Shown here: positions 47,765 through 56,163 of the stretch, one piece after another
Layout of the letters: every line of letters starts with the position of its first letter
Position numbering within the stretch: the stretch's first letter is position 1
Assembly: GCA_016188865.1 (NCBI GenBank)
Contig: JACPGX010000001.1
Coordinates: 205,197 to 269,196 of the forward strand
Direction: 5' to 3'
Length of the DNA stretch: 64,000 nt
Source: Candidatus Nealsonbacteria bacterium
GTDB taxonomy: Bacteria; Patescibacteriota; Minisyncoccia; Minisyncoccales; MHMH01
Program-made: the position numbers and the translations under genes
The notes under the pieces: model-generated
Told to the model about the DNA's origin: nothing
What the model saw: only the letters and a program-made list of their open reading frames with translations
Database searches by the model: none

Positions 47765-49244
47765 TCACTCCCCTCGGGCATTCTTTGGCGCAAATACCGC
47801 AGCCCTTGCAGTAATCATAATCAACAATGTATGGTTTTTTTGCATTGCCGGTTTTTTTAACAGCCGGTTCCGGGCAAAAATTAAAACAATTTTCGCATTC
47901 GCGGCAAAGTCCGCAAGAAAAGCATCTTTTAACCTCTTTTTTCAAATCAATTTTTCTTGGCTGTGGTTCAAAATAAGCAAAGTTAATGCTGTCGCGGTTA
48001 ATCCTGATTTTTGGCTTAGCCCGAAGATGCGGCTTTCCATTCAGAAAGTTAATAATCTTTCTGGCGCTTTCTTTGCCGGAATTAATAGCTTGAGCAACTG
48101 TTTTAGGCCCCAAAAGGAAATCGCCTCCGGTAAACAAATAAGGTTTTTGGCCCTTAACAATCTTTTCCCAAAATGGCGATTTTTCCTGGCCGACGGCAAA
48201 AATTAAAAGATCGCATTCGTCCGTGAAATTAGAAATTGGCGACTGAAATTCTACAGTTAATCTTGGGGTATTCTCTGAAATTTTTACCGGCAGAGCCAAC
48301 GGCCGAAATTCAGCCCCGGCTTGCCGGGTTTTCTCAATTTCCTGCTGGCTGGCTTTCGCTTTATCGCCCCGATAAAAAATTGATGCTTTCGCCCCAAGTT
48401 GCAAAGCCACTCGAGAGCAGTCCATGGCTGTGTTGCCGGCGCCGACAATAAATACGGTTTTATCGACTAATGGCGCTATATCTCCGTAAGTTGCTTTTTT
48501 CAAAAAATCAATGGCAGTTATAACGCCTGCTTGACGAACTCCGGGAATATCCAGCGTTTTGCCAAAAGTAAATCCGGGCGCCAAAAAAATAGCTGAAAAT
48601 TCTTTTTCTATTTCTTTGAAATTATTTTCAGTAATTTCAGTATCAAGACGAAAATCAATTCCCTGAAAATGAAGGATCAGTTCCCTGTCAAGAATTTCTT
48701 TGGGCAGACGGTCTTCGGGAATGCCATACCTTAAAAGTCCGCCTAATTTGCTCTCTTTTTCAAAAACTGTAACAAAGTATCCTTTCAATCTTAAAGAATA
48801 AGCGCAGGTGAGGCCGGCAGGGCCGGAACCTACTATTGCCACTTTTTTATCTTTAGCAACAGCCGGGAAATCAATATGAAATTTGCTCTTTATTGCCAAG
48901 TCGCCTAAAAACTTTTCAGTCTGGCTAATAGCAACAGGCGTATCGAAATCTTTGCGCAAAAAAGCGCAGCCTTTCTCGCAAAAAGCAGGGCAAACTCTGG
49001 AAACAGAAGCCGGCAAAGGATTTTGCAAGAGCAATTTGCGCATAGCTGTTTTAGGGTTTTTATCCTTAAGACTTGCCAGCCAGCCTCTGATATCTTGATG
49101 AATCGGGCAGGAAATCATGCAGAGTGAGATAGTCTCTGTCTCCTGCAAATATCTCGGCTTTTGCTTTAATTCAGCATCGCGCCAAGAACCGGTTTTCCTG
49201 GAAAGAGTATTTTCTCTAAAAATAGGCCTTTCAATTTCAGTCAT
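47733..49244 (-). CDS. GltD-like FAD/NAD(P) oxidoreductase fused to a PorD-type 2[4Fe-4S] domain
   Basis: KTGSWR, CPIHQDI, GSGPAG, GAGNTAMD, CENCFNFCP, YCKGCGICAKECP. Confidence 0.88.
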   Translation of the reverse strand: MTEIERPIFRENTLSRKTGSWRDAELKQKPRYLQETETISLCMISCPIHQDIRGWLASLKDKNPKTAMRKLLLQNPLPASVSRVCPAFCEKGCAFLRKDFDTPVAISQTEKFLGDLAIKSKFHIDFPAVAKDKKVAIVGSGPAGLTCAYSLRLKGYFVTVFEKESKLGGLLRYGIPEDRLPKEILDRELILHFQGIDFRLDTEITENNFKEIEKEFSAIFLAPGFTFGKTLDIPGVRQAGVITAIDFLKKATYGDIAPLVDKTVFIVGAGNTAMDCSRVALQLGAKASIFYRGDKAKASQQEIEKTRQAGAEFRPLALPVKISENTPRLTVEFQSPISNFTDECDLLIFAVGQEKSPFWEKIVKGQKPYLFTGGDFLLGPKTVAQAINSGKESARKIINFLNGKPHLRAKPKIRINRDSINFAYFEPQPRKIDLKKEVKRCFSCGLCRECENCFNFCPEPAVKKTGNAKKPYIVDYDYCKGCGICAKECPRGVIVMEEENEGE

Positions 49245-49245
49245 C

Positions 49246-49806
49246 TTACGCCTCCTTTAAAGGTTGAGCCAGCTCATAAGCTTCCTTGGTCGCCTCAATG
49301 TTTTCTTTTTTATATGCCGGAATTTTTTCTTGAATAATCTCTATTAAATCAGCGAGACTAAAAAGATTGGTCATTTTAGCAAAGGCTCCCAGCATGATGG
49401 TATTTAACCTATTCAAGTTATGATATCTGGCAATGGCTGAAGCATTAAATGCCACTACTCTGTAGCCGGGGTATAAACGAGATAAATCTTGAGATGTCTT
49501 GCGGCTGTTAACAATCAAACAACCCGAAGGCTTCAAATTATCTTTCAAATCCCTGGTCTTTAAAAGATCTGCTCCTAAAACTATGAAATAGTCGGCTTGC
49601 TTTATTTGGCACTTCAATCGTATGGGTTTTGAATCAGATCTGACGAAGCCTTCGACCGGTTGACCAATTCTTTCTGAACCAAAAAAGGGGAAACACTGAA
49701 GGCTGTATTCTTTATCACCTAACGCCCTAAAAAGAGCCTCGGCTAAAATTTCTGAAGCTAACCTAGTGCCTTTTCCGCCGCGCCCAAAAATCGTTATTTC
49801 TATCAT
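49246..49806 (-). CDS. Por/Vor-type oxidoreductase gamma subunit
   Basis: IFGRGG.G, FGSERIG.PV, NTIMLGA. Confidence 0.9.
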   Translation of the reverse strand: MIEITIFGRGGKGTRLASEILAEALFRALGDKEYSLQCFPFFGSERIGQPVEGFVRSDSKPIRLKCQIKQADYFIVLGADLLKTRDLKDNLKPSGCLIVNSRKTSQDLSRLYPGYRVVAFNASAIARYHNLNRLNTIMLGAFAKMTNLFSLADLIEIIQEKIPAYKKENIEATKEAYELAQPLKEA

Positions 49807-49851
49807 TTATCAAAGACCTCCTTATTCAATTAACAAAGGACTCATCTTTTC

Positions 49852-49880
49852 AAGATAGTCCCTGCAATTTTTAATGTCAA
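49852..49880 (-). promoter_or_regulatory. Promoter of the oxidoreductase operon
   Basis: TTGACA-17-TATCTT. Confidence 0.65.
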
Positions 49881-50045
49881 CTATCTGGGAAAATCTCTAA
49901 AAAATTGCTCGGCTTTCCTCGACAGGACTCGAGATAAGTCGCTTAAAACAAGTAAAAAGCTACCACTGAATAATTTTGTTGGTAGCTTTATTTTCTTCTT
50001 TAAGATATTGGTCTCTTAAAATACTCCGTTATCCTTTCAAAATTT

Positions 50046-50444
50046 TCATCTCCAGCGCGGATTTTCCTCTCCTGAAGCCTTTATCTTGGCGTTTTCTTTA
50101 TCCCCCCTTAAACGACTTTCTATTGATATCCCTTCAATATAATATGACTCGCCTCTGTCATGCGGCTCCAGTTTAGCATTCCATGAGATTATTTCTAATT
50201 CGGGATGGGCTTTTTCAAAGGCATCGAGAACTAAAAATACTGTCTCGTAGTAATCCGACCACTCATAAGTCCGAACATGCATGGGCAGAAATGTGCGATT
50301 TCCTACGGTGATGCCGGCTTTTAGATTTATTGATCCTTTGAAAAAAACGCTAGAATTTTCGTTTTCTTGAACGCAAGCTATTAAGCCGGCCGTTAAAACG
50401 ATCAGGATGGCGAAGAAAAGAATAACGCTCCTTCTTGTAATCAC
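50046..50444 (-). CDS. Putative lipoprotein
   Basis: Signal peptide ending LIAC; AGGAGG SD. Confidence 0.65.
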   Translation of the reverse strand: MITRRSVILFFAILIVLTAGLIACVQENENSSVFFKGSINLKAGITVGNRTFLPMHVRTYEWSDYYETVFLVLDAFEKAHPELEIISWNAKLEPHDRGESYYIEGISIESRLRGDKENAKIKASGEENPRWR

Positions 50445-50576
50445 CTTTTCCTCCTTTACCCCCTTATTCCTTTATTTGTTAAATCAATGTATTATACGCC
50501 CATATAAATATCCGTCAACACCCAGCATTTATTTACTTCAAAAATACTCAAAAAGCTACCCGGCAAAAAACTGACG

Positions 50577-50607
50577 AAAACTGACGAGAACCGTTCTCGT
50601 CAGTTTT
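50577..50607. repeat. Palindrome C, copy downstream of RAYT-3
   Basis: AAAACTGACGAGAAC-C-GTTCTCGTCAGTTTT, plus a partial duplicate at 50565-50576. Confidence 0.95.
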
Positions 50608-51333
50608 TTATTCGATGGCAACACGTTGAGAATCAGCTAATTCTTTTTTGAACTGAAGCCAATCGTTAACGAATCTTTGCCCTTCGCCCGCTCCGCCGAC
50701 TGTTTCAAATAAAAACTCTCTGCTGGTTACTGAAGGAAAATTCCTCTTGCCTAAATAGTCAGAATAACTTGACCATCGGTAATTTTCTAAAAATTCTATT
50801 ATTTCTTGCAATTTCCTGCCGCTAATTCCCCTTTCCTTCCAATTCTGAACTAAAATTGCCACTGGGTTTGTATGAATATAAACGAAAACTGTTATTAATT
50901 GTTTATCATCTTTAACGTGGACTATTTTATATTTTCCCTGAAACAGGTGGCCACTTCTTTTATATTTTTTATTATAATATCCGCCGTATCCCGCCCCAAT
51001 TTTTCTCATAAACTTGCTTATTCCTCCATTTCTTAACTGTCTTACCAGCAGATGCGCGTGATTCGGCATCAAACAAAACGCTAAAATCTCCAATAAACAT
51101 TCCCTGCCCGTATGTCTTTTATACGAACTATCTAAACTGACGAGAACGGTTCTCGTCAGTTTTTGTTCTTGACGATAGTATGAAGAAGTAGGTTTTTCAT
51201 CATTGAATTCAAATAAATCATGAATCATTCTAAAATAATCTTTTTGATCTTTGAAAAGCTTTAACCCTTCTACGGCTCTAATAACGATGTGATAAATTTC
51301 GCCGTTTACTAATGGTGGTCGTTTTATTGGCAT
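50608..51333 (-). CDS. RAYT-type HUH transposase, RAYT-3
   Basis: YHIVIRA, FCLMPNHAH, LFQGKY, YIHTNP, YRWSSY. Confidence 0.92.
   Translation of the reverse strand: MPIKRPPLVNGEIYHIVIRAVEGLKLFKDQKDYFRMIHDLFEFNDEKPTSSYYRQEQKLTRTVLVSLDSSYKRHTGRECLLEILAFCLMPNHAHLLVRQLRNGGISKFMRKIGAGYGGYYNKKYKRSGHLFQGKYKIVHVKDDKQLITVFVYIHTNPVAILVQNWKERGISGRKLQEIIEFLENYRWSSYSDYLGKRNFPSVTSREFLFETVGGAGEGQRFVNDWLQFKKELADSQRVAIE
51134..51162. repeat. Palindrome C, in-frame copy inside RAYT-3 (inverted)
   Basis: AAACTGACGAGAAC-G-GTTCTCGTCAGTTT, translated as KLTRTVLVSL. Confidence 0.95.
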
Positions 51334-51366
51334 AAAACTGACGAGAACCGTTCTCGTCAGTTTTAT
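51332..51366. repeat. Palindrome C, copy upstream of RAYT-3, touching the start codon
   Basis: ATAAAACTGACGAGAAC-C-GTTCTCGTCAGTTTTAT. Confidence 0.95.
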
Positions 51367-51401
51367 TATAACGGAATAAATTTAAATGAAAAGCCCTGAG
51401 C

Positions 51402-52733
51402 TTAGCTCGGGGCTTTTGTTGCTTTTGCCAAAGCTTTTTCAAACTTGGCTACAATTTTATCTATATCATCTTTAGTTACAATTAATGGAGGCAGAAAACG
51501 GATAATGGGATTCCTTTGAGCGTGACCGGCAGCCAAAGGAAGAATGCCTTGCTCCACACATTCTTGAAGCACCGCGTTTCTCGAGGCAGGATTCGGTCCG
51601 CCCGATTCATCAACAAATTCTACTCCAACCATCAGCCCCATCCCCCGCACATCTCCAATAAAATGATTCTTAATTCCTTTCAACTTCTCAATAAAATATG
51701 CGCCATTTTCTGCAGCTCTCTTAATCAATTTTTCTTCTTCGAGTACTTCAAGGGTTGCTTTCGCAGCTGCCCAGCCAAGCGGCCCTCCGCCAAATGTGGT
51801 TGAATGTCGACCGGCTCGGGAAAAATCCCAATCCCGCGGAAAAACAATAGCTCCAATGGGAACGCCCGAACCAAGCTTCTTGGCTAAACAAATGATATCG
51901 GGTATTGCGGCGAAATGTTCAATCGCAAACATCTTGCCAGTTCTGCCCAAGCCAGTTTGCACTTCATCAGCGACTAAAGCCCAGTCATATTTCTGGCAAA
52001 GACGGTGAAGATCGTGTATTGCTAAGAGACTGGGTACGACGAATCCGCCCTCTCCCTGAATCGGCTCTATAATCACCCCGTTTATTTCGTCAGGATCACA
52101 AAATCGACCGAGATACTCTTGCTCAATAAAACGAATGCAGAGTTGGGCGCAATCTTCCGGCTTTTTCTCGTAAGCGCAATGCCGACAATCAGGATATGGC
52201 AAATGAATCACATCAAGAGCTTTGGGAAAATCTCTCTTATGCAATGATTTACTGGAAGCCACATCCAGCGCATAGCCGAATCTGCCGTGAAAGGCGCCGA
52301 GAAAACTGATAAATTTCTTTCGCTGCGGCCTGCGGTCAATTAAAAGTTTTATTGCAGCATTATTCGCTTCACCGCCCGAGGAGCAAAAATAAACTCGCCA
52401 ATCTCTTTCAGGAAAACTATTATGAGTTATTCTCGCCAATTTCTCAGCTGCCTCAACTTGGGAAGAATTGTAAACATCGGTGCCTATGCAGGCCATTAAC
52501 TTATCTGCTTGCTGTTTTACCGCTTCCACAACTTTAGGATGGCAATGCCCGATGTCAGCGATGCTTACTTGGGTAAAACAATCAATAAATTTATTGCCGT
52601 CGGCATCCCAGACATAAATGCCTTTTCCCCTTTCAACTGTTACGGGAAAATTTATATCGTGAGTAGTTGTCGCCAAAACTTCCTTATGCCTTGCAATCAA
52701 CCCCAATGTTTTAGAGCCGGGAATCTCTTTCAT
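51402..52733 (-). CDS. Class III PLP aminotransferase (GabT/ArgD-like)
   Basis: GHCHP, SGGEAN, FHGR, EPIQGEGG, DEVQTG.GRTG, LAK. Confidence 0.92.
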   Translation of the reverse strand: MKEIPGSKTLGLIARHKEVLATTTHDINFPVTVERGKGIYVWDADGNKFIDCFTQVSIADIGHCHPKVVEAVKQQADKLMACIGTDVYNSSQVEAAEKLARITHNSFPERDWRVYFCSSGGEANNAAIKLLIDRRPQRKKFISFLGAFHGRFGYALDVASSKSLHKRDFPKALDVIHLPYPDCRHCAYEKKPEDCAQLCIRFIEQEYLGRFCDPDEINGVIIEPIQGEGGFVVPSLLAIHDLHRLCQKYDWALVADEVQTGLGRTGKMFAIEHFAAIPDIICLAKKLGSGVPIGAIVFPRDWDFSRAGRHSTTFGGGPLGWAAAKATLEVLEEEKLIKRAAENGAYFIEKLKGIKNHFIGDVRGMGLMVGVEFVDESGGPNPASRNAVLQECVEQGILPLAAGHAQRNPIIRFLPPLIVTKDDIDKIVAKFEKALAKATKAPS

Positions 52734-52846
52734 CTTTTACCTCCTGTTGCATTGTCAAATAACTCATTTTATCTAAACACGCTAACAAAAAACTTGCAAG
52801 AAAAACAAAAAGAGCCCTTCGATAAACTCAGGACTCTTTTTTATTT

Positions 52847-53983
52847 TTACTTTAAAAATTTTCTTGAAAGAACTTCCAGCTGGACTTCGGAGGCGCCTTC
52901 ATAAAGAGTTAAAGCTCTGGCGTCGCGGAACATTCTCTCAACCGGAGTTTCATCCATGTAGCCCATGCCGCCGTGAATCTGTAAAGCGTCATAAGTTATT
53001 TTCTGAACCATCTCGGTGGCAAACCATTTGGCTCTGGCTGCAGCCAATTTGACATCATGGCCTTGGTCTTTTTGCCAGGCAGCATACCAGGTAAGCCAAC
53101 GGCTGGCTTCAATTTGGGCTTCCATTTTAGCTAATTTATGCTGGCAATCTTGAAGATCAATCAATCTCTTGCCAAACATCTGACGATTTCTGGCGTAGTT
53201 TACGGCTTCTTCAAAAGCGCCTTGAGCTATACCTACGGCTTGGGCCGCGATATTGATTCTGCCGCCATTTAAAGTCTGCATAGCCACTTTCCAGCCGTCG
53301 CCTTCCTGGCCAAGCATATTGGCATGGCTGACTTGGCAGTCAGTCAAAACTATCGGGGAAGTCGGCGAACAGTGAAGCCCCATTTTCTTTTCAATTTTCG
53401 GCACTGAAAATCCCGGAGTGGAAGTTTCCACGATGAAAGCGGAAAGCCCATGATGAGGATGATCGCTGGTTCTGGCTATTAAAACGCAAACTTTCGCTTT
53501 AGCGACATTGGTAATGAATTGCTTGGTACCATTAATCACCCAACCATTATCATTTCTTACAGCCCGAGTTTTGATTCTCGTCACATCAGAGCCGGCATCC
53601 GGCTCTGTTAAAGCATAACATCCCAATGCCTTGCCTTGAGCCAAAGAAGCAAGATATTTCTTTTTTTGATCTTCATTGCCCCACTCCAAAATGGGAGCTC
53701 CGGATAAGGAATTATTGGCTGACATAATCAAAGCAAGCGAAGCCCAAACTCTGGCCAACTCTTCTTCGGCAATGGCATAAGCTAAAATATCCGAGCCCAT
53801 GCCGCCGTACTGCTCTGGAACAAATATACCCATAAAGCCCATTTCGCCGAGTTTTTCAACAAGCTCTTTGGGAAATTTTCCTTTTTCTTCAAATTCTTTA
53901 ATCCTTGGCCTGACTTCTTTTTCGGCAAATTCTCTCATCAAGTTGCGGATACCCGCATGCTCTTCCGACAACCGAAAATCCAT
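52847..53983 (-). CDS. Acyl-CoA dehydrogenase (short/branched-chain type)
   Basis: YALTEPDAGSD, NGTKQFITN, QIHGGMGY, LYEGASEVQ. Confidence 0.95.
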   Translation of the reverse strand: MDFRLSEEHAGIRNLMREFAEKEVRPRIKEFEEKGKFPKELVEKLGEMGFMGIFVPEQYGGMGSDILAYAIAEEELARVWASLALIMSANNSLSGAPILEWGNEDQKKKYLASLAQGKALGCYALTEPDAGSDVTRIKTRAVRNDNGWVINGTKQFITNVAKAKVCVLIARTSDHPHHGLSAFIVETSTPGFSVPKIEKKMGLHCSPTSPIVLTDCQVSHANMLGQEGDGWKVAMQTLNGGRINIAAQAVGIAQGAFEEAVNYARNRQMFGKRLIDLQDCQHKLAKMEAQIEASRWLTWYAAWQKDQGHDVKLAAARAKWFATEMVQKITYDALQIHGGMGYMDETPVERMFRDARALTLYEGASEVQLEVLSRKFLK

Positions 53984-53994
53984 TTCCGCCTCCC

Positions 53995-55899
53995 TTATAA
54001 AGATTTCTCTATCAATTCCAGCAAGTCAATCACTGAAATCTCTTCGCCCTGTAGCATTTGCAGACACCAGGGACAGCTGACCGCCGCTATATTGGCTTCC
54101 GTTTCCTTAGCATCTTTAAGGCGCAGTTGGTTAACTCTTTTTTGAGGATCTTCCTCTTGCCACATTCTGCCGCCGCCTCCGCCGCAGCATAAACTTTGTT
54201 TTTTGGAACGCTTCATTTCAACTATTTTTTCAGCGCAAACGGCTTTTAGAATTTCTCGGGGAGCTTCAAAAATACCATTATAACGGCCAAGATAGCAAGA
54301 ATCATGATAGGTTATTTTACCAGATATTTTCTTGCTTACTTTAAGTTTTCCTTCTTTGATGAGCTTGGCTATGAATTCGGTGTAATGATAAACTGCGAAA
54401 TCAGCGCCAAAATCAGGATATTCATTTTTTAAAGTATTAAAGCAGTGAGGGCAAGCGGTAATAATTTCTTTCACGCCGTAACGATTCAAAATTTCAATAT
54501 TCTTTTTGGCCAATTCCTGAAATAAATATTCGTTGCCCATTCTTCTTGCCGGGTCCCCGCAGCAAAGCTCTTCAGAGCCAAGTATGCCGAAGTTAACCCC
54601 GGCTTTTTCCAATATTTTAACCAGAGAAACAGCTGCTTTGGTATTCTGCTCATTCAAAGCCGCGGTGCAGCCGACCCAGTAAAGAACATCTATTGCTCTA
54701 TCTGAAGAAAGCGTTTTGACCTTTAAATCCTTTGCCCAATCAGTTCTTGAAAGATTGGTTCCCCTCCAAGGATGTCCCCGGGCCTCAATGCTTTCCAAGG
54801 CTCGCATAGCTGAATCGGGCAACTGGGATTTTTCAAGCACTAAATTGCGCCGCATTTCCACAATTTTATCAATATGGGTATTTAAAACAGGACACTGCTC
54901 TTGGCAGGCGCGGCAGGTAGTGCAAGACCAGAGATCATCTTCCTTAATTGCTCCGCCAATTAAATTATCGTTATTTTGATTCAGCAGAGGCTTTTTTAGA
55001 TTTTGAATCATTTCTTTTGGGTTAAGCGATTTTCCGCTCAAATAGGCCGGACAAGCTTCCTGACAGCGGCCGCAGACAACGCAGGCGTAAAGATCGAGCA
55101 GCTGCTTTTGGCTGAAATCTTCAATCTTTGCCGCGCCGAAAGTTTCCGTATTTTCCAAATCAAGAGTTTCCAGGGCCCCTTTGGGCCGTGAACTTTTCAG
55201 AAAAATATTGAGAGGGCCGGCTAAAATGTGAAGATATCTGGAATAAGCTATGAAAACCAAAACGAACAAAACCGTCAGCCAATGCGCCCAGAAAAAAGTC
55301 ATGTTGGCTATTGCCAGCGCGGACAAGCTGAAATCCTTAAAAAAATAACTTAGGGCTGAACTAAGCGGCGGTAAAAGAGTGCTTTCGCTGGTAGCTTCTT
55401 TCAGTAAATGCGTTACGGGATGCAGAAAAACTGTGACTAAGATAATCAATGCCTCAAAAGTCTGCTCTCCTTTAAGCCGAGGCGGTCGCACAACATATCT
55501 TCGCAGAATTCCCCAAAGGGCTGCCAGCATGATAAAAGGAGCTGCCATGTCCATCACCCAAGAGTAGTAAAAGAAAAGCTTGGTGTTTTCCATTGCTCCT
55601 GACAAACCGAAGCCTGCTCCGATGATGATATATAGAAAATAATATCCGACAAAAATCAGAAATCCCCATGCCATAAAAATATGGCCGAGGCCGGCTCTGT
55701 CTTTCAGAGATATGGACTTTAACTGGCGCCATTGCCCGACAAGATAAGCTAAAACAAGCAATATCCTTTTGAGCGCGCTATTCTTTAAGTTATGATTTTC
55801 TTTCTTACCCCGGCTCAAAAAACCGTAGAGCCGGTATATTCTGAAAAAGAAAAGGCCGAAAGCTATCAGGGTCAAACCCCAGAAAAAAATATAGAACAT
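53995..55899 (-). CDS. Membrane-bound Fe-S oxidoreductase (FadF/HdrF/EMO-like)
   Basis: N-terminal TMs with His, CVVCGRCQEACP, CTTCRACQEQCP, two CCG domains. Start at ATG 55899 after GGAGG. Confidence 0.9.
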   Translation of the reverse strand: MFYIFFWGLTLIAFGLFFFRIYRLYGFLSRGKKENHNLKNSALKRILLVLAYLVGQWRQLKSISLKDRAGLGHIFMAWGFLIFVGYYFLYIIIGAGFGLSGAMENTKLFFYYSWVMDMAAPFIMLAALWGILRRYVVRPPRLKGEQTFEALIILVTVFLHPVTHLLKEATSESTLLPPLSSALSYFFKDFSLSALAIANMTFFWAHWLTVLFVLVFIAYSRYLHILAGPLNIFLKSSRPKGALETLDLENTETFGAAKIEDFSQKQLLDLYACVVCGRCQEACPAYLSGKSLNPKEMIQNLKKPLLNQNNDNLIGGAIKEDDLWSCTTCRACQEQCPVLNTHIDKIVEMRRNLVLEKSQLPDSAMRALESIEARGHPWRGTNLSRTDWAKDLKVKTLSSDRAIDVLYWVGCTAALNEQNTKAAVSLVKILEKAGVNFGILGSEELCCGDPARRMGNEYLFQELAKKNIEILNRYGVKEIITACPHCFNTLKNEYPDFGADFAVYHYTEFIAKLIKEGKLKVSKKISGKITYHDSCYLGRYNGIFEAPREILKAVCAEKIVEMKRSKKQSLCCGGGGGRMWQEEDPQKRVNQLRLKDAKETEANIAAVSCPWCLQMLQGEEISVIDLLELIEKSL

Positions 55900-55966
55900 C
55901 GAATCCCTCCGCATGTATTTTCAAAGTACCGCATCTAATGACTTCTAACACGAAGAAAAAACTCGG

Positions 55967-55996
55967 TCAACAAAAAAGGACGCTAGGCGTCCTTTG
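55967..55996 (-). terminator. Repeated terminator, copy 1 of 3 (others at 58106-58134 and 58578-58608)
   Basis: CAACAAAAAAGGACGCTAGGCGTCCTTTG. Confidence 0.8.
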
Positions 55997-56004
55997 GTTA
56001 TTGT

Positions 56005-56163
56005 TCATCTTTTAACCGGAACGGGCACTTTTTCGGGCATTGGCGTTTTTTCCGGTACGGGGCTCGAAGGCTCCGGTTTGGTTCTGGGAACTCTTCTGGG
56101 AATTCTTACCGGTTCTTCTGTAGGAATAGTTTCCCTACGGTTATTTTCTGCGGAATCAAGCAT
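56005..56163 (-). CDS. 52-aa Pro/Glu-rich peptide (not in the ORF track)
   Basis: AGGAGG SD; MLDSAENNRRETIPTEEPVRIPRRVPRTKPEPSSPVPEKTPMPEKVPVPVKR; followed by a terminator. Confidence 0.65.
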   Translation of the reverse strand: MLDSAENNRRETIPTEEPVRIPRRVPRTKPEPSSPVPEKTPMPEKVPVPVKR

